Positions 39,142 through 48,847 of a DNA stretch of 59,966 nucleotides are shown piece by piece. The notes below the pieces were generated by a model, which saw only the letters and a program-made list of their open reading frames with translations, ran no database searches and was not told the origin of the DNA. The stretch is taken from positions 1 through 59,966 of IMG/VR virus record IMGVR_UViG_3300020179_000034; one strand, 5' to 3'. Both the position numbers and the translations under genes were made by a program. This DNA is from a virus (Duplodnaviria; Caudoviricetes). The first letter of the stretch is position 1, and every line of letters starts with the position of its first letter.

Positions 39142-39269
39142 GTCGATACAGCAACGGCGATAGGCTAATCAATGGTGATGCGTAACGTGAAAGGCGTGAA
39201 AGTGTTTTGTATATTCTGGTCTGGCTGGTCTTCAGTGTCAGCGTGGGATATGTGTTGCTCTGACAATGT

Positions 39270-39640
39270 CAGATGTTCCGGTGTTCCAGCGTGTTCCAGA
39301 AAAAAAAGTTGCACTATTCTTCACGGGTGCTACGTTCCGTAGTGTAAGCGGATGAAGTAAGTTATTGATTTTTAAGAAAGAAGAAGAAGAAGAAGTTATA
39401 TTATGGAACAGAAAATAGTGTAAGTGTTCCATGTTCCATGAAATTGGGAATAGGGGCTACGGATTGCCGAAAAAATTTTATTTACGAACTTGCGCCGTGC
39501 CATGAACGGCGTCTAACTTTGTCCGCTTAGCCCCTCTCGGAAAACGTGGAACATTGGAACAAACCGTGTTTTTGTTTTATTTATCAAAGGCTTGCGTGTT
39601 CCAGAGGCTTGGAACACGTGCGGAACAGAATCGGAACAAA
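39270..39640. repeat. Cluster of TGTTCC/GGAACA hexamers (putative origin iterons)
   Basis: About 12 copies in both orientations, interspersed with A/T tracts, in non-coding DNA. Confidence 0.7.
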
Positions 39641-39805
39641 AAATGCTTGACCCGCGAAATCTTTTCTGGTAGCCTTGGATACCCAAGGCGGTCGATAAAG
39701 TTTTCGGTCTGACACTGTCAGAACTTTGCGCTTTTCCATTTTCCTCGCGCAACGGCCTTCGCCATACGCTTTTGCCTTGTCCTTGGGCTTTACCCTTTTC
39801 CCTAG

Positions 39806-39865
39806 GAACTGGTATCTATAGAACTGGTATCTATAGAACTGGCTTCACAAGAACTGGCCTCACGG
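39806..39865. repeat. Four 15-bp tandem repeats GAACTGG-N8
   Basis: gaactggtatctata twice, then gaactggcttcacaa and gaactggcctcacgg. Confidence 0.9.
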
Positions 39866-39889
39866 CGTGAACCAAAGTCGTTCGGGCGT

Positions 39890-39924
39890 AAAAAAGCCCC
39901 GCCAAGCGTGAGCCTGACGGGGTT
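39890..39924 (-). terminator. Intrinsic terminator ending the first early operon
   Basis: Minus strand CCCCGTCAGGC-tcac-GCTTGGCGGGG then CTTTTTT, right after the 39930 stop. Confidence 0.8.
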
Positions 39925-39929
39925 GTGGT

Positions 39930-40115
39930 TTAGAAATAGAACTCGTGTTGTTTGGGCGCGTCTACGAAATCGAATTCCCATCGAGTCGGTAATTCCAACT
40001 TGGTGAGTTCTTTCGCCCAGTAAAACGCTTGGTTAAACGAATCGAACTCCGAACAGAATTCGATCATGCTGCCATGTTCATCCATGCGAGTGTGGAACAC
40101 TTTGTAGATGATCAT
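39930..40115 (-). CDS. Small early protein
   Basis: ATG at 40115 overlaps the upstream stop (ATGA). Confidence 0.55.
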   Translation of the reverse strand: MIIYKVFHTRMDEHGSMIEFCSEFDSFNQAFYWAKELTKLELPTRWEFDFVDAPKQHEFYF

Positions 40116-40369
40116 ACTACCACCACCCGTTCGGACGTAACCGAAACTTTGCACTCCACGCCGCCGGGAACACGCCGCCCGAACATATCGATATGTTCAT
40201 TTCCCCATCGCGCCATGTATCGACTGGCCGACTTGATCGCGGCTTGCATAGCCGCCTCACGATCTCGAAAGAAAACCGGGATAGTGTAAGTGTCTTGGAT
40301 TTCTGGACGATAATCGTCGCCCCATGTAGGGTCCGACACGGTAACATGCGCTCTGAACATTTTACGCAT
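40112..40369 (-). CDS. Small early protein
   Basis: GGGGAG RBS. Confidence 0.6.
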   Translation of the reverse strand: MRKMFRAHVTVSDPTWGDDYRPEIQDTYTIPVFFRDREAAMQAAIKSASRYMARWGNEHIDMFGRRVPGGVECKVSVTSERVVVV

Positions 40370-40429
40370 AACAATCTCCCCTGATAGTGTAAGAGCAGGG
40401 GCGGCTTGCGCCGCCCCGCCCCGTTGGGT

Positions 40430-41128
40430 TTAACCGAGAAGTGACTTGCGGAACGCTGCCAGAGCCTTCTTCGCGCCGTCGTTTGTGGCGACCTTGCGAC
40501 CGTCCGTTCGTGCCTTGCCCAACTTGGCAATCATCGGCTTCGCGAGACTATCGACCCACTCATCAACCGACTGAGTAGCACCGCGACCGCCAGATCGTTC
40601 GACGAACTCCGCTTCAAAGAACCGACCCCACGCCTTCGTCGCCGTGTTGGTTATGGTTTTGCGCGTAGACTCTACGAACCGACGCAGCCCCATCGGGTTA
40701 TCGGTCATGCTCGGCAACTTCGCGAGACTCGCCCGATCCATCGCAACCGCGTTACGACCCGTGAGCACGAAGTTCGCCGGACGCTCGTTTTTACCATTTG
40801 TAAACACGCTCGGTACGTGGAACTCATCGTCTCCCGACTTGTGCAGCGGACGGTCATACTCGGAACCCTCGGTCAGCGACATAATCGCCGCAGCCATGAA
40901 CAGGTTCCGCGCTTCCTCGCACGCTTCGGACTCGCGATCCAACGCACCCGACTCGGTGCGCGGGAAATCCGCAGTTAGCCTTGCGAACTCGCCCCGATAC
41001 TTTGACCACTTCGTGCGATCCGCACGAGTATGGCCGCCGACCTCGCGACCGAGTCCAGAAATCCCGTCAGCGATGGACGGGGCCAGTACGGATTTAACGG
41101 TATCCGCGACCGTGTTGGCTTGTGCCAT
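40430..41128 (-). CDS. First early gene, hypothetical (232 aa)
   Basis: GGAG RBS; downstream of an extended -10 promoter. Confidence 0.7.
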   Translation of the reverse strand: MAQANTVADTVKSVLAPSIADGISGLGREVGGHTRADRTKWSKYRGEFARLTADFPRTESGALDRESEACEEARNLFMAAAIMSLTEGSEYDRPLHKSGDDEFHVPSVFTNGKNERPANFVLTGRNAVAMDRASLAKLPSMTDNPMGLRRFVESTRKTITNTATKAWGRFFEAEFVERSGGRGATQSVDEWVDSLAKPMIAKLGKARTDGRKVATNDGAKKALAAFRKSLLG

Positions 41129-41199
41129 GGTAGTGACAACTCCACCGGAAAGAATCGCGCCGGTTTCGCGACACCGAACAACACGTCCGATGTAATTCC

Positions 41200-41231
41200 A
41201 TTATACCACACTACGATCCTGACAGTGTCAG
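41200..41231 (-). promoter_or_regulatory. Extended -10 promoter with palindrome over the -35 region
   Basis: TGgTATAAT at 41208..41200; CTGACAGTGTCAG at 41219-41231. Confidence 0.65.
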
Positions 41232-41487
41232 ACCAGACGGCAGGCAAAAAATGGCGCGAACTCAAGCCCACACAATAGTGCTAGTCCTCAACCTAGCCGA
41301 CCCCACCCGTACCCACCCATGTCGCTAGGTTTAGGAGTCCCGCACAAAACTCTATACATACTATTCCACACAAATCTCCCCCACATTTCTCCAATGTTCG
41401 TACCCCACCCCCCTTCATATAGAAAACCCCCCCTTGATGGAACCTTAAGATTCCTTTATAAATTCCGCACTACTTGGGTTGAGGCCC

Positions 41488-42081
41488 ATGCAAATACTTG
41501 TGCCGTACATCGAAGACAACATTCCGCTCCCCGCTAGCGCGGCTGAAGCGTTGCCGGAGTTAACTCCGGCTGAAGAACTAAGCATGCGGGTACGTACTAT
41601 AAAACTCGTATCTGATCTAACAGGCCAGCCCATCATCCCGACTAGCGAAGAGAAGGACGCTGCCGAGGAAATGGCTAGAAAAATGATGGAAGATCCTGAT
41701 GCACGGCCTGAATATGCCCTGCACTCGGACGAGTTCACTGCGTATTTATCGGGTCTGGTCTACCGTTCTAACGGTGCTATTGTCAAAGAATTAGCCGATC
41801 TTAAAAACTATGTCATAAATAAACTCGTATACGAGATTGAGCATACTAAAGATAATAAGTTAAAGATGCAGGCGGTAGCCAAACTGGGCGAGATTGACGG
41901 CGTGGACGCATTTAAGCGTCGAACTGAGACCACGCACGTTATTAAGCCCATCGAGGAAGTTGAAAAAGAACTTCTGCAGGTACTGGAAGGTATTGAGTAC
42001 AGCGTAGTTGGTGAAAGTAATAACAATATAAACCCCGAAGATTACTTACTGCCTGATGAAACTTCCCCAACTAACTCCTGA
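41488..42081 (+). CDS. Putative terminase small subunit
   Basis: Helical ORF directly upstream of, and overlapping, the large terminase gene. Confidence 0.6.
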   Translation: MQILVPYIEDNIPLPASAAEALPELTPAEELSMRVRTIKLVSDLTGQPIIPTSEEKDAAEEMARKMMEDPDARPEYALHSDEFTAYLSGLVYRSNGAIVKELADLKNYVINKLVYEIEHTKDNKLKMQAVAKLGEIDGVDAFKRRTETTHVIKPIEEVEKELLQVLEGIEYSVVGESNNNINPEDYLLPDETSPTNS

Positions 42082-43579
42082 AAAACTCAAAGCGCTGCGT
42101 ATGGCGTTGCCAACGATGCCCGATGAGCAGAAACGGCGCACGTTGGAGTTGTTAAAGACGTATCAAACTGAGCGTACCCGTGCCGTTGGCAAGGATTTTT
42201 TCTTAGATTTTATCGCTCACGTGTATCCGGGCTACAAAGTAGGGCCGCACCATAGAAAATTAGCTGGAATTTTTGAAGATATTGCTGCAGGAGCGCGAAA
42301 AAGGGTCATCGTCAACATCGCGCCTCGTCATGGCAAGTCGGAAATGATCAGTTACCTCGCTCCGGCATGGTTTTTAGGCAAATTTCCGCATAAAAAGGTC
42401 ATTATGGCCTCACATACCGCCGATTTGGCGGTCAACTTTGGCAGAAGGGTGCGTAATCTTGTTGGCTCAGACCTTTATCATGACATTTTCCCGACTGTTG
42501 AGCTTCAAGCTGATAGTAAGAGTGCTTCTCGTTGGGGTACTAACTTTAATGGTGAGTATTTTGCTATTGGTGTTGGCGGTGCTTTGGCCGGTCGCGGCGC
42601 TGATCTTTTCATTATTGACGACCCTCATTCTGAGCAGGAAGCGAAGCAAGGCAGAGCCGACGTATTTGAGCCAGCATGGGAGTGGTTCCAGTCAGGCCCA
42701 GTCCAAAGATTGATGCCGGGTGGTGCCATTATCGTCGTAATGACTCGATGGTCAAAGATGGATTTGACCGGCAAGATCGTAGACCACATGACTAAGAACG
42801 AGGACGCGGATCAATGGGAATTGGTCGAGTTTCCCGCTGTTCTCAACGACAAACCGCTTTGGCCTGACTTCTGGACACTGGAAGAACTGCTTGCCAAAAA
42901 GGCGAGTATGGATGTGCGCTATTGGCAGGCACAGTACATGCAGCAGCCGACCTCAGAAGAAGGTGCCTTGCTCAAACGAGAATGGTGGCAGGTGTGGGAG
43001 AAGGAGGATCCGCCCCCTTGCGAACACATTATTATGAGCCTCGACGCCGCTCAAGAAAAGACTAACCGCTCTGACTTTAACGCCCTGACTACATGGGGGG
43101 TCTTCTTTAACGAGGAGACTAAGAACTATAACCTAATCTTGCTGAACGCCATCAAAGAGCGGCTTGAGTTCCCTGAACTGAAGGCGATGGTGCTGGAGGA
43201 GTACAAAGACTGGAATCCTGATTCATTTATTGTGGAAAAGAAGTCCAACGGTGCGGCGCTTTATCAGGAGATGCGCCGCATGGGTGTGCCGCTTAGCGAG
43301 TTTACCCCGTCCAAGGGGCAGGACAAGATCAGTAGAGTAAATGCTGTGTCAGACTTGTTTGCTGCGGGTATAGTCTGGGTACCCGATAGGCGCTGGGCGC
43401 GAGAGGTCGTCGAGGAGTGTAACGACTTCCCATCCGGCGCGAACGATGACTTAGTGGACTCAACCACGCTGGCGCTTTTGCGGTTCCGTCAAGGCGGGTT
43501 TATCCGTCTTCCGACTGACGAGCCGGAGCCGAAGAAGTGGTTTAAGAGTCGTAAGTCACTAGCAGCCGGATATTACTAG
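42056..43579 (+). CDS. terL: Terminase large subunit
   Basis: APRHGKS Walker A, IIDD Walker B, MTRW, YMQQP, and nuclease motifs SLD...DDLVDS. Confidence 0.95.
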   Translation: MKLPQLTPEKLKALRMALPTMPDEQKRRTLELLKTYQTERTRAVGKDFFLDFIAHVYPGYKVGPHHRKLAGIFEDIAAGARKRVIVNIAPRHGKSEMISYLAPAWFLGKFPHKKVIMASHTADLAVNFGRRVRNLVGSDLYHDIFPTVELQADSKSASRWGTNFNGEYFAIGVGGALAGRGADLFIIDDPHSEQEAKQGRADVFEPAWEWFQSGPVQRLMPGGAIIVVMTRWSKMDLTGKIVDHMTKNEDADQWELVEFPAVLNDKPLWPDFWTLEELLAKKASMDVRYWQAQYMQQPTSEEGALLKREWWQVWEKEDPPPCEHIIMSLDAAQEKTNRSDFNALTTWGVFFNEETKNYNLILLNAIKERLEFPELKAMVLEEYKDWNPDSFIVEKKSNGAALYQEMRRMGVPLSEFTPSKGQDKISRVNAVSDLFAAGIVWVPDRRWAREVVEECNDFPSGANDDLVDSTTLALLRFRQGGFIRLPTDEPEPKKWFKSRKSLAAGYY

Positions 43580-43589
43580 GAGAATCTAA

Positions 43590-46145
43590 ATGGCCGTTGA
43601 TAAAAGTTTAATGCAGGCTCCGCAGGGTCTTGAAGCACTTGCTCCCCCCGAGCCGATTGAGATTCAGATTGAAGACCCTGAAAGCGTATCTATTGGTATC
43701 GACGGGGTTGTGATTAACCTTGTGAAGTCTGAGCCACGTGCCGAAGACTTTGACGCCAACCTTGCTGATTTCATGGGTGAGAACGAGTTGCAGAGCCTAG
43801 CCTCTGAACTTTTGGGGCAGTACGAACAAGACCTTTCAAGTCGCAAGGACTGGCTAGATACCTACGTCAAAGGTTTGAAAATTTTGGGTATTCGATACGA
43901 AGAACGTACTGAGCCGTGGCCCGGTGCGTGTGGTGTGTTTCACCCACTTCTGATGGAGTCGGCGGTCAAGTTTCAGTCCGAGACCATTATGGAGACCTTT
44001 CCTGCCATGGGGCCGGTCAAAACCAAGATCATCGGCAAGGAGACTAACGAGAAGAAAGATTCCGCTGTTCGTGTCGCGGATGACATGAACTATCAGTTGA
44101 CCGAGGTAATGAAAGAGTACCGCCCAGAGCATGAGCGGATGTTGCTCAGCATGGCTTTGGCGGGTAATGCGTTTAAGAAAATTTACTTTGATCCTTCGCT
44201 TGATCGGCAGACTGCTATCTATATCTCGGCTGAAGACATTATCGTGCCGTACGGCGCAGCCAATTTGGAAGGTGCCGAGCGTGTTACGCACCGGATGCGT
44301 AAGACGAAAAATGAGTTAATTAAACTACAACACGCGGGGTTTTATCGTGATGTAGACTTGGGTGATCCGGTTCGCACGATGGATGAGGTGGAGAAGCAAA
44401 AGGCTGAAGATCAAGGTTTCTCGGCGTCCATGGATGACAGGTTCCAGTTGCTTGAGATGCATGTGAACATCGACTTGCCGGGTTACCCTGATGTCGATAA
44501 AAACAACGACGAAACAGGAATTGCTCTACCGTATGTAGTGACCCTTGAAAAAGGAACCAGCACCGTTTTGGCGATTAGGAGAAATTATCGTGAAGACGAT
44601 AAACTCAAACAGAAACGACAACATTTCGTTCATTATGGATATATACCCGGATTTGGATTTTACTACTTCGGACTTATACACCTTATCGGCGGTCACTCTA
44701 AAGCGGCAACTTCCCTCCTTCGTCAACTTATCGACGCAGGAACTCTTAGCAATCTTCCGGGTGGTCTCAAATCACGCGGTCTGCGTATCAAGGGAGACGA
44801 TACACCCATCGCTCCCGGTGAGTGGCGAGACGTAGACGTACCCTCTGGCGCGGTTCGGGACAACATCCTGCCGCTGCCGTACAAAGAGCCAAGCCAAACC
44901 CTTGCTCTACTTATGGACAAGGTGATCGAGGAGGGCCGCAGATTCGCTGCGGTGTCTGATCTCAAGATTAGTGACATGTCATCACAGGCTCCAGTAGGCA
45001 CTACGCTTGCTGTGCTTGAGCGCGTTCTCAAAGTAATGACGGCGATTCAGGCTCGCATTTACTACACGATGAAGCAGGAGTTTAAACTTCTAGCTGCAAT
45101 TATTCGTGATAACACACCAGATGAGTATTCGTACGAGCCGGAAGTAGGCAATCGCAAGGCCAAGAAAGCTGACTACGATGACGTTGATGTCATCCCAGTC
45201 AGTGATCCAAACGCGGCTACGATGTCGCAAAAGATCGTGCAATACCAAGCCGTGCTGCAGTTGTCTCAGTCTTCACCCGGCATCTACGATATGCCGTACT
45301 TGCACCGGCAGATGATTGAGACTCTTGGCGTTAAGAACGCTGAGAAAATTATTCCTGACCCAGACAAGATGAAGCCGCGTGACCCGATCACCGAAAACAT
45401 GGATATCCTAAACGGCAAACCCGTCAAGGCGTTTATGTATCAAGATCACGAGGCTCACTTGCAAGTGCATAACGCTGCTTTGCAAGACCCGAAGATGCGC
45501 CAGATTATCGGGCAAAACCCGAAGGCGCAAGAGATCATGGGCGCTGCGATGGCTCACATCATGGAACATGTAGCGTTTCAGTACCGCAAAGAAATTGAAA
45601 AGCAACTTGGAGTCGCCCTCCCGCCGATGCCGGAGGAGGACAAGGACGAAACGTATCTGCCGCAAGAAGCTGAGATTCAAGTCTCGCGTCTTTCTGCTAT
45701 CGCAGCCGCCAAACTTTTGCAGAAAGATCAAGCTGAAGCACAAATGCAGCAAGCTCAACAACAGGCTCAAGACCCTGTACTGCAGATGCAGCAGCAAGAA
45801 CTGCAACTCCGTCAGCAGGAACTGCAACTCAAGGCGCAGCAGATTCAGATGGAAGCGCAAAATAGACAAACAGAATTGCAGCTTGAGGCACAACTCAAGC
45901 AAGCAGAACTGCAACGCAAACAGCAAGAGATGCAGATCATGGCAGCTACCAAGGCCGATGAACTCGACCTACGGAAGCAAGAAATAGCTAATAGAACGCA
46001 ACTTGATGCTGCACGACTCGGTGTGGATGTTCAGAAGCACAAGACCAATTTGTCTGCCAAGCAGCAAACTGAAGGTATGCGTATGGGTATCGATATCGCA
46101 AAACAAACAATGTTACGGTCAAAAAATCCAAGAAGGGAGGAGTAA
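43590..46145 (+). CDS. Portal protein
   Basis: 851 aa after terL; GFYYFGLIHL; long Gln-rich coiled-coil C-terminus resembling a P22-type barrel. Confidence 0.88.
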   Translation: MAVDKSLMQAPQGLEALAPPEPIEIQIEDPESVSIGIDGVVINLVKSEPRAEDFDANLADFMGENELQSLASELLGQYEQDLSSRKDWLDTYVKGLKILGIRYEERTEPWPGACGVFHPLLMESAVKFQSETIMETFPAMGPVKTKIIGKETNEKKDSAVRVADDMNYQLTEVMKEYRPEHERMLLSMALAGNAFKKIYFDPSLDRQTAIYISAEDIIVPYGAANLEGAERVTHRMRKTKNELIKLQHAGFYRDVDLGDPVRTMDEVEKQKAEDQGFSASMDDRFQLLEMHVNIDLPGYPDVDKNNDETGIALPYVVTLEKGTSTVLAIRRNYREDDKLKQKRQHFVHYGYIPGFGFYYFGLIHLIGGHSKAATSLLRQLIDAGTLSNLPGGLKSRGLRIKGDDTPIAPGEWRDVDVPSGAVRDNILPLPYKEPSQTLALLMDKVIEEGRRFAAVSDLKISDMSSQAPVGTTLAVLERVLKVMTAIQARIYYTMKQEFKLLAAIIRDNTPDEYSYEPEVGNRKAKKADYDDVDVIPVSDPNAATMSQKIVQYQAVLQLSQSSPGIYDMPYLHRQMIETLGVKNAEKIIPDPDKMKPRDPITENMDILNGKPVKAFMYQDHEAHLQVHNAALQDPKMRQIIGQNPKAQEIMGAAMAHIMEHVAFQYRKEIEKQLGVALPPMPEEDKDETYLPQEAEIQVSRLSAIAAAKLLQKDQAEAQMQQAQQQAQDPVLQMQQQELQLRQQELQLKAQQIQMEAQNRQTELQLEAQLKQAELQRKQQEMQIMAATKADELDLRKQEIANRTQLDAARLGVDVQKHKTNLSAKQQTEGMRMGIDIAKQTMLRSKNPRREE

Positions 46146-46334
46146 ATGGGTTATTCCAACGCTCTAGAATACTTGGATACAAAACTTCAAGAAGAGCGCA
46201 CATTAATTGTTGAAACCTTAATCCAAGGTAAGTTGGACGAAGGCGAATACAAACGTCTTTGCGGGGCGCTACAGGGTCTCGATCTCGCCAAGAACCATAT
46301 CAAAGACCTTGCAAAACGGCTGGAGGAAGAGTGA
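46146..46334 (+). CDS. Small conserved protein between portal and GroES
   Basis: GGAG RBS; EYK..CG...GL motif. Confidence 0.7.
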   Translation: MGYSNALEYLDTKLQEERTLIVETLIQGKLDEGEYKRLCGALQGLDLAKNHIKDLAKRLEEE

Positions 46335-46708
46335 GTAGCATAGACGTAGCAAAAACACAGGAAGAGGCTAACAAGGCCAAACTCCTACCGGAGCCAAAAG
46401 GCTATCGAATTTTGTGTGCAGTTCCGCATGTAGAGGAGGAGTTTGAGGGGGGGATCGTTAAAGCCGAGGACACCAGAAAAGTCGAGGAGCAGACCACGGT
46501 GGTTCTGTTTGTCGTCAAAATGGGTGACCTTTGTTACGCAGACAAGGAACGTTTTCCCACTGGCCCTTGGTGCAAGGAAGGCGACTTTGTGCTGACCCGC
46601 CCCTATTCAGGCACCCGCGTGGTCATCCACGGTCGGGAGTTCCGCATTATCAACGACGATACGGTGGAAGCGGTGGTCGAAGACCCCCGTGGAATCCGTC
46701 GCGCATAG
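46331..46708 (+). CDS. groES: Phage-encoded GroES/Cpn10-like co-chaperonin
   Basis: P.GYRIL, mobile loop EGGIV, VVKMG, KEGDFV...YSGT...FRIINDD; GTG start at 46331 after GGAGG. Confidence 0.8.
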   Translation: MSSIDVAKTQEEANKAKLLPEPKGYRILCAVPHVEEEFEGGIVKAEDTRKVEEQTTVVLFVVKMGDLCYADKERFPTGPWCKEGDFVLTRPYSGTRVVIHGREFRIINDDTVEAVVEDPRGIRRA

Positions 46709-46717
46709 GAGTAAATC

Positions 46718-47707
46718 ATGGCTGTTGAACAAACTGAATTTAAGTTTCCTGATGAGATCGAGGCTGAAAAAGTCGAAGCAAAACAAGAAGTTAGCGACAA
46801 TATTGAAGTTAAAGTAGAGGATGATACCCCGCCAGAAGACCGGGGCCGTAAACCTCTGCCCAAAGACATTGTGGATGAACTGGAAAAGGATGATCTTGAG
46901 GAGTATTCCGAAAAGGTAAAGAAACGCCTCTCCCAGATGAAAAAGGTCTGGCACGACGAGCGTCGTGAGAAGGAACGTGCCGCCCGTGAAAAAGATGAGG
47001 CTGTCCGGTTTGCCCAACAGCAATACGAGGAGAACAAGCGGCTGAAGCAGCGACTTGGTGTGGGCGAACGCGCCTTTATCCAAGAAGTTACCAAGGCTGC
47101 TAACAATGAACTTAATGTAGCCAAAGACAGGCTAAAACAGGCTTATGAGGCTGGTGATGCCGAGAAGATTGCGGAGGCTCAGGAGTCCCTGACCGATGCC
47201 AAACTTCGGCTGCAGCAATACTCCAGATTTCAGCCTACTTTACAACCCCAAGAATCGGGTGTACAACAAACACAACAAGTCCAAACGCCACAGGCTTCTG
47301 CTCCAGTAATCGACCCGAAAGCTGAATTATGGAGACAGAAAAACCCTTGGTTCGGCGTAGACGAGGAGATGACCGCCCTCGCACTTGGACTGCACGCTAA
47401 ATTAGAAAGGTCTGGAGTAGATTTGCGTAGCGATGATTACTATCGCCAGATCGACTCGACGATGAAGAAGCGATTCGCTGACTATTTCGATGAGGAAGTA
47501 GAACAGGAAGAAAAGCCGATTCAAACGAGAGAGGTTGAAAAACCTACTCGCACAAAACCAGCCAATGTAGTGGCTCCGGTCACGCGGGGAACCGCGCCTC
47601 GTCAGGTACGCCTGACACCGACTCAAGTTGCTATCGCTAAGAAATTAGGTTTGAGCAACGAGCAGTACGCACGAGAACTTATGAAACTGGAGAACGACAA
47701 TGGTTAA
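46718..47707 (+). CDS. Capsid scaffolding protein
   Basis: Acidic N-terminus, coiled coil, NPWFG, C-terminal LT..QVAIAKKLG...EQYA. Confidence 0.7.
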   Translation: MAVEQTEFKFPDEIEAEKVEAKQEVSDNIEVKVEDDTPPEDRGRKPLPKDIVDELEKDDLEEYSEKVKKRLSQMKKVWHDERREKERAAREKDEAVRFAQQQYEENKRLKQRLGVGERAFIQEVTKAANNELNVAKDRLKQAYEAGDAEKIAEAQESLTDAKLRLQQYSRFQPTLQPQESGVQQTQQVQTPQASAPVIDPKAELWRQKNPWFGVDEEMTALALGLHAKLERSGVDLRSDDYYRQIDSTMKKRFADYFDEEVEQEEKPIQTREVEKPTRTKPANVVAPVTRGTAPRQVRLTPTQVAIAKKLGLSNEQYARELMKLENDNG

Positions 47708-48149
47708 CAATCGTCTTGATCGTGAAGTTGAAAATAGAGAATCGACGCAGCGCACAAAAAATTGGACTCCTCCCCAGACGCTTCCGGCACCTACGCCGCA
47801 GCCGGGTTGGGTGTTCCGCTACATCCGGACAAGTATTATGGGAACTGCTGACCCATCGAATACCTCCGCAAAATTTCGTGAAGGTTGGGAGCCTGTGAAG
47901 GCTGAAGACCATCCGGAGTTGATGCATATGACCGATCCTAATTCCAAATTTAAAGGGAACGTTGAGATCGGTGGTTTGTTGTTGTGTAAAGCTCCAGAAG
48001 AGTTGATGAATCAGCGCGATAACTATTACGCGCAGCAAGCAAAGGCTCAACTGCAGTCTGTAGACAACAACTTTATGAAGCTAAACGATGAACGTATGCC
48101 GCTCTTTAATGAAAAGAGAACGACGATCTCGTTTGGTAAAGGTAAATAA
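47700..48149 (+). CDS. Conserved head-module protein
   Basis: FRYIR...EGWEPV...GGLLLCK motifs. Confidence 0.65.
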   Translation: MVNNRLDREVENRESTQRTKNWTPPQTLPAPTPQPGWVFRYIRTSIMGTADPSNTSAKFREGWEPVKAEDHPELMHMTDPNSKFKGNVEIGGLLLCKAPEELMNQRDNYYAQQAKAQLQSVDNNFMKLNDERMPLFNEKRTTISFGKGK

Positions 48150-48167
48150 TTTATTTTGGAGTAACTA

Positions 48168-48830
48168 ATGGCATATCCTACTATCGACAAGCCTTATGGC
48201 TTGAAGCCGATTAATATAATCGGCGGGCAGGTGTTTGCCGGTTCGACTCGCCAACGTCGTATTGATTCTGGTGCTTCCAGTATTGGATACGGCGACCCGG
48301 TGAAATTCGCATCGGACGGCACTGTTGTTGTGTGTACGGAAACGACGGCTCCCCCGGACGCTGGCTTTGCCGGTGTATTCTTGGGTTGCACGTTCGTATC
48401 CTCTGTAACTGGTCAGCCGACTTTTTCGCAGCAGTGGACTTCGGGTACTTCGGTCAAGGCTGGTACGTTTGTTTACGCATACGTAGCGGATGACCCGGAC
48501 ACCCTGTTCAAGGCTGTCGGCGTGTCGGCTTCGCTTGTGGTTTCGACCTCGGGCGGCTTCGTGTATGGCGACATTAATTCCAACGTTGCGTTGGTGGCTA
48601 ATACGCTAAATACGACTACGGGCGATTCGCAGCAAGGGCTTTTGACTAGCTCTGTTGCAACCACTCGTTCGCTGCCTATTCGCATTGTCGATGTGGTTGA
48701 AGACACTTCCTTTGTGTCAAGCGGCACTACCTACTACCCAGAAGTTATCGTGAAGTTTAATGCTTCATACATTACGAGTAACTCTCTGATTGTGGGTGGT
48801 CACGCTTATAACAACCCACTCGGCATTTAA
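48168..48830 (+). CDS. Capsid cement/decoration protein (putative)
   Basis: Beta-rich 220-aa protein immediately upstream of the major capsid gene. Confidence 0.6.
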   Translation: MAYPTIDKPYGLKPINIIGGQVFAGSTRQRRIDSGASSIGYGDPVKFASDGTVVVCTETTAPPDAGFAGVFLGCTFVSSVTGQPTFSQQWTSGTSVKAGTFVYAYVADDPDTLFKAVGVSASLVVSTSGGFVYGDINSNVALVANTLNTTTGDSQQGLLTSSVATTRSLPIRIVDVVEDTSFVSSGTTYYPEVIVKFNASYITSNSLIVGGHAYNNPLGI

Positions 48831-48847
48831 TAGGGGAGTTCTAAGAA

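Larger units (their letters stand above)
32126..41231. promoter_or_regulatory. Ten dispersed palindromes CTGAC-NNN-GTCAG (protein-binding sites)
   Basis: 13-bp cores start at 32126, 34316, 36016, 36949, 38182, 38478, 39054, 39260, 39709 and 41219. Confidence 0.85.
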
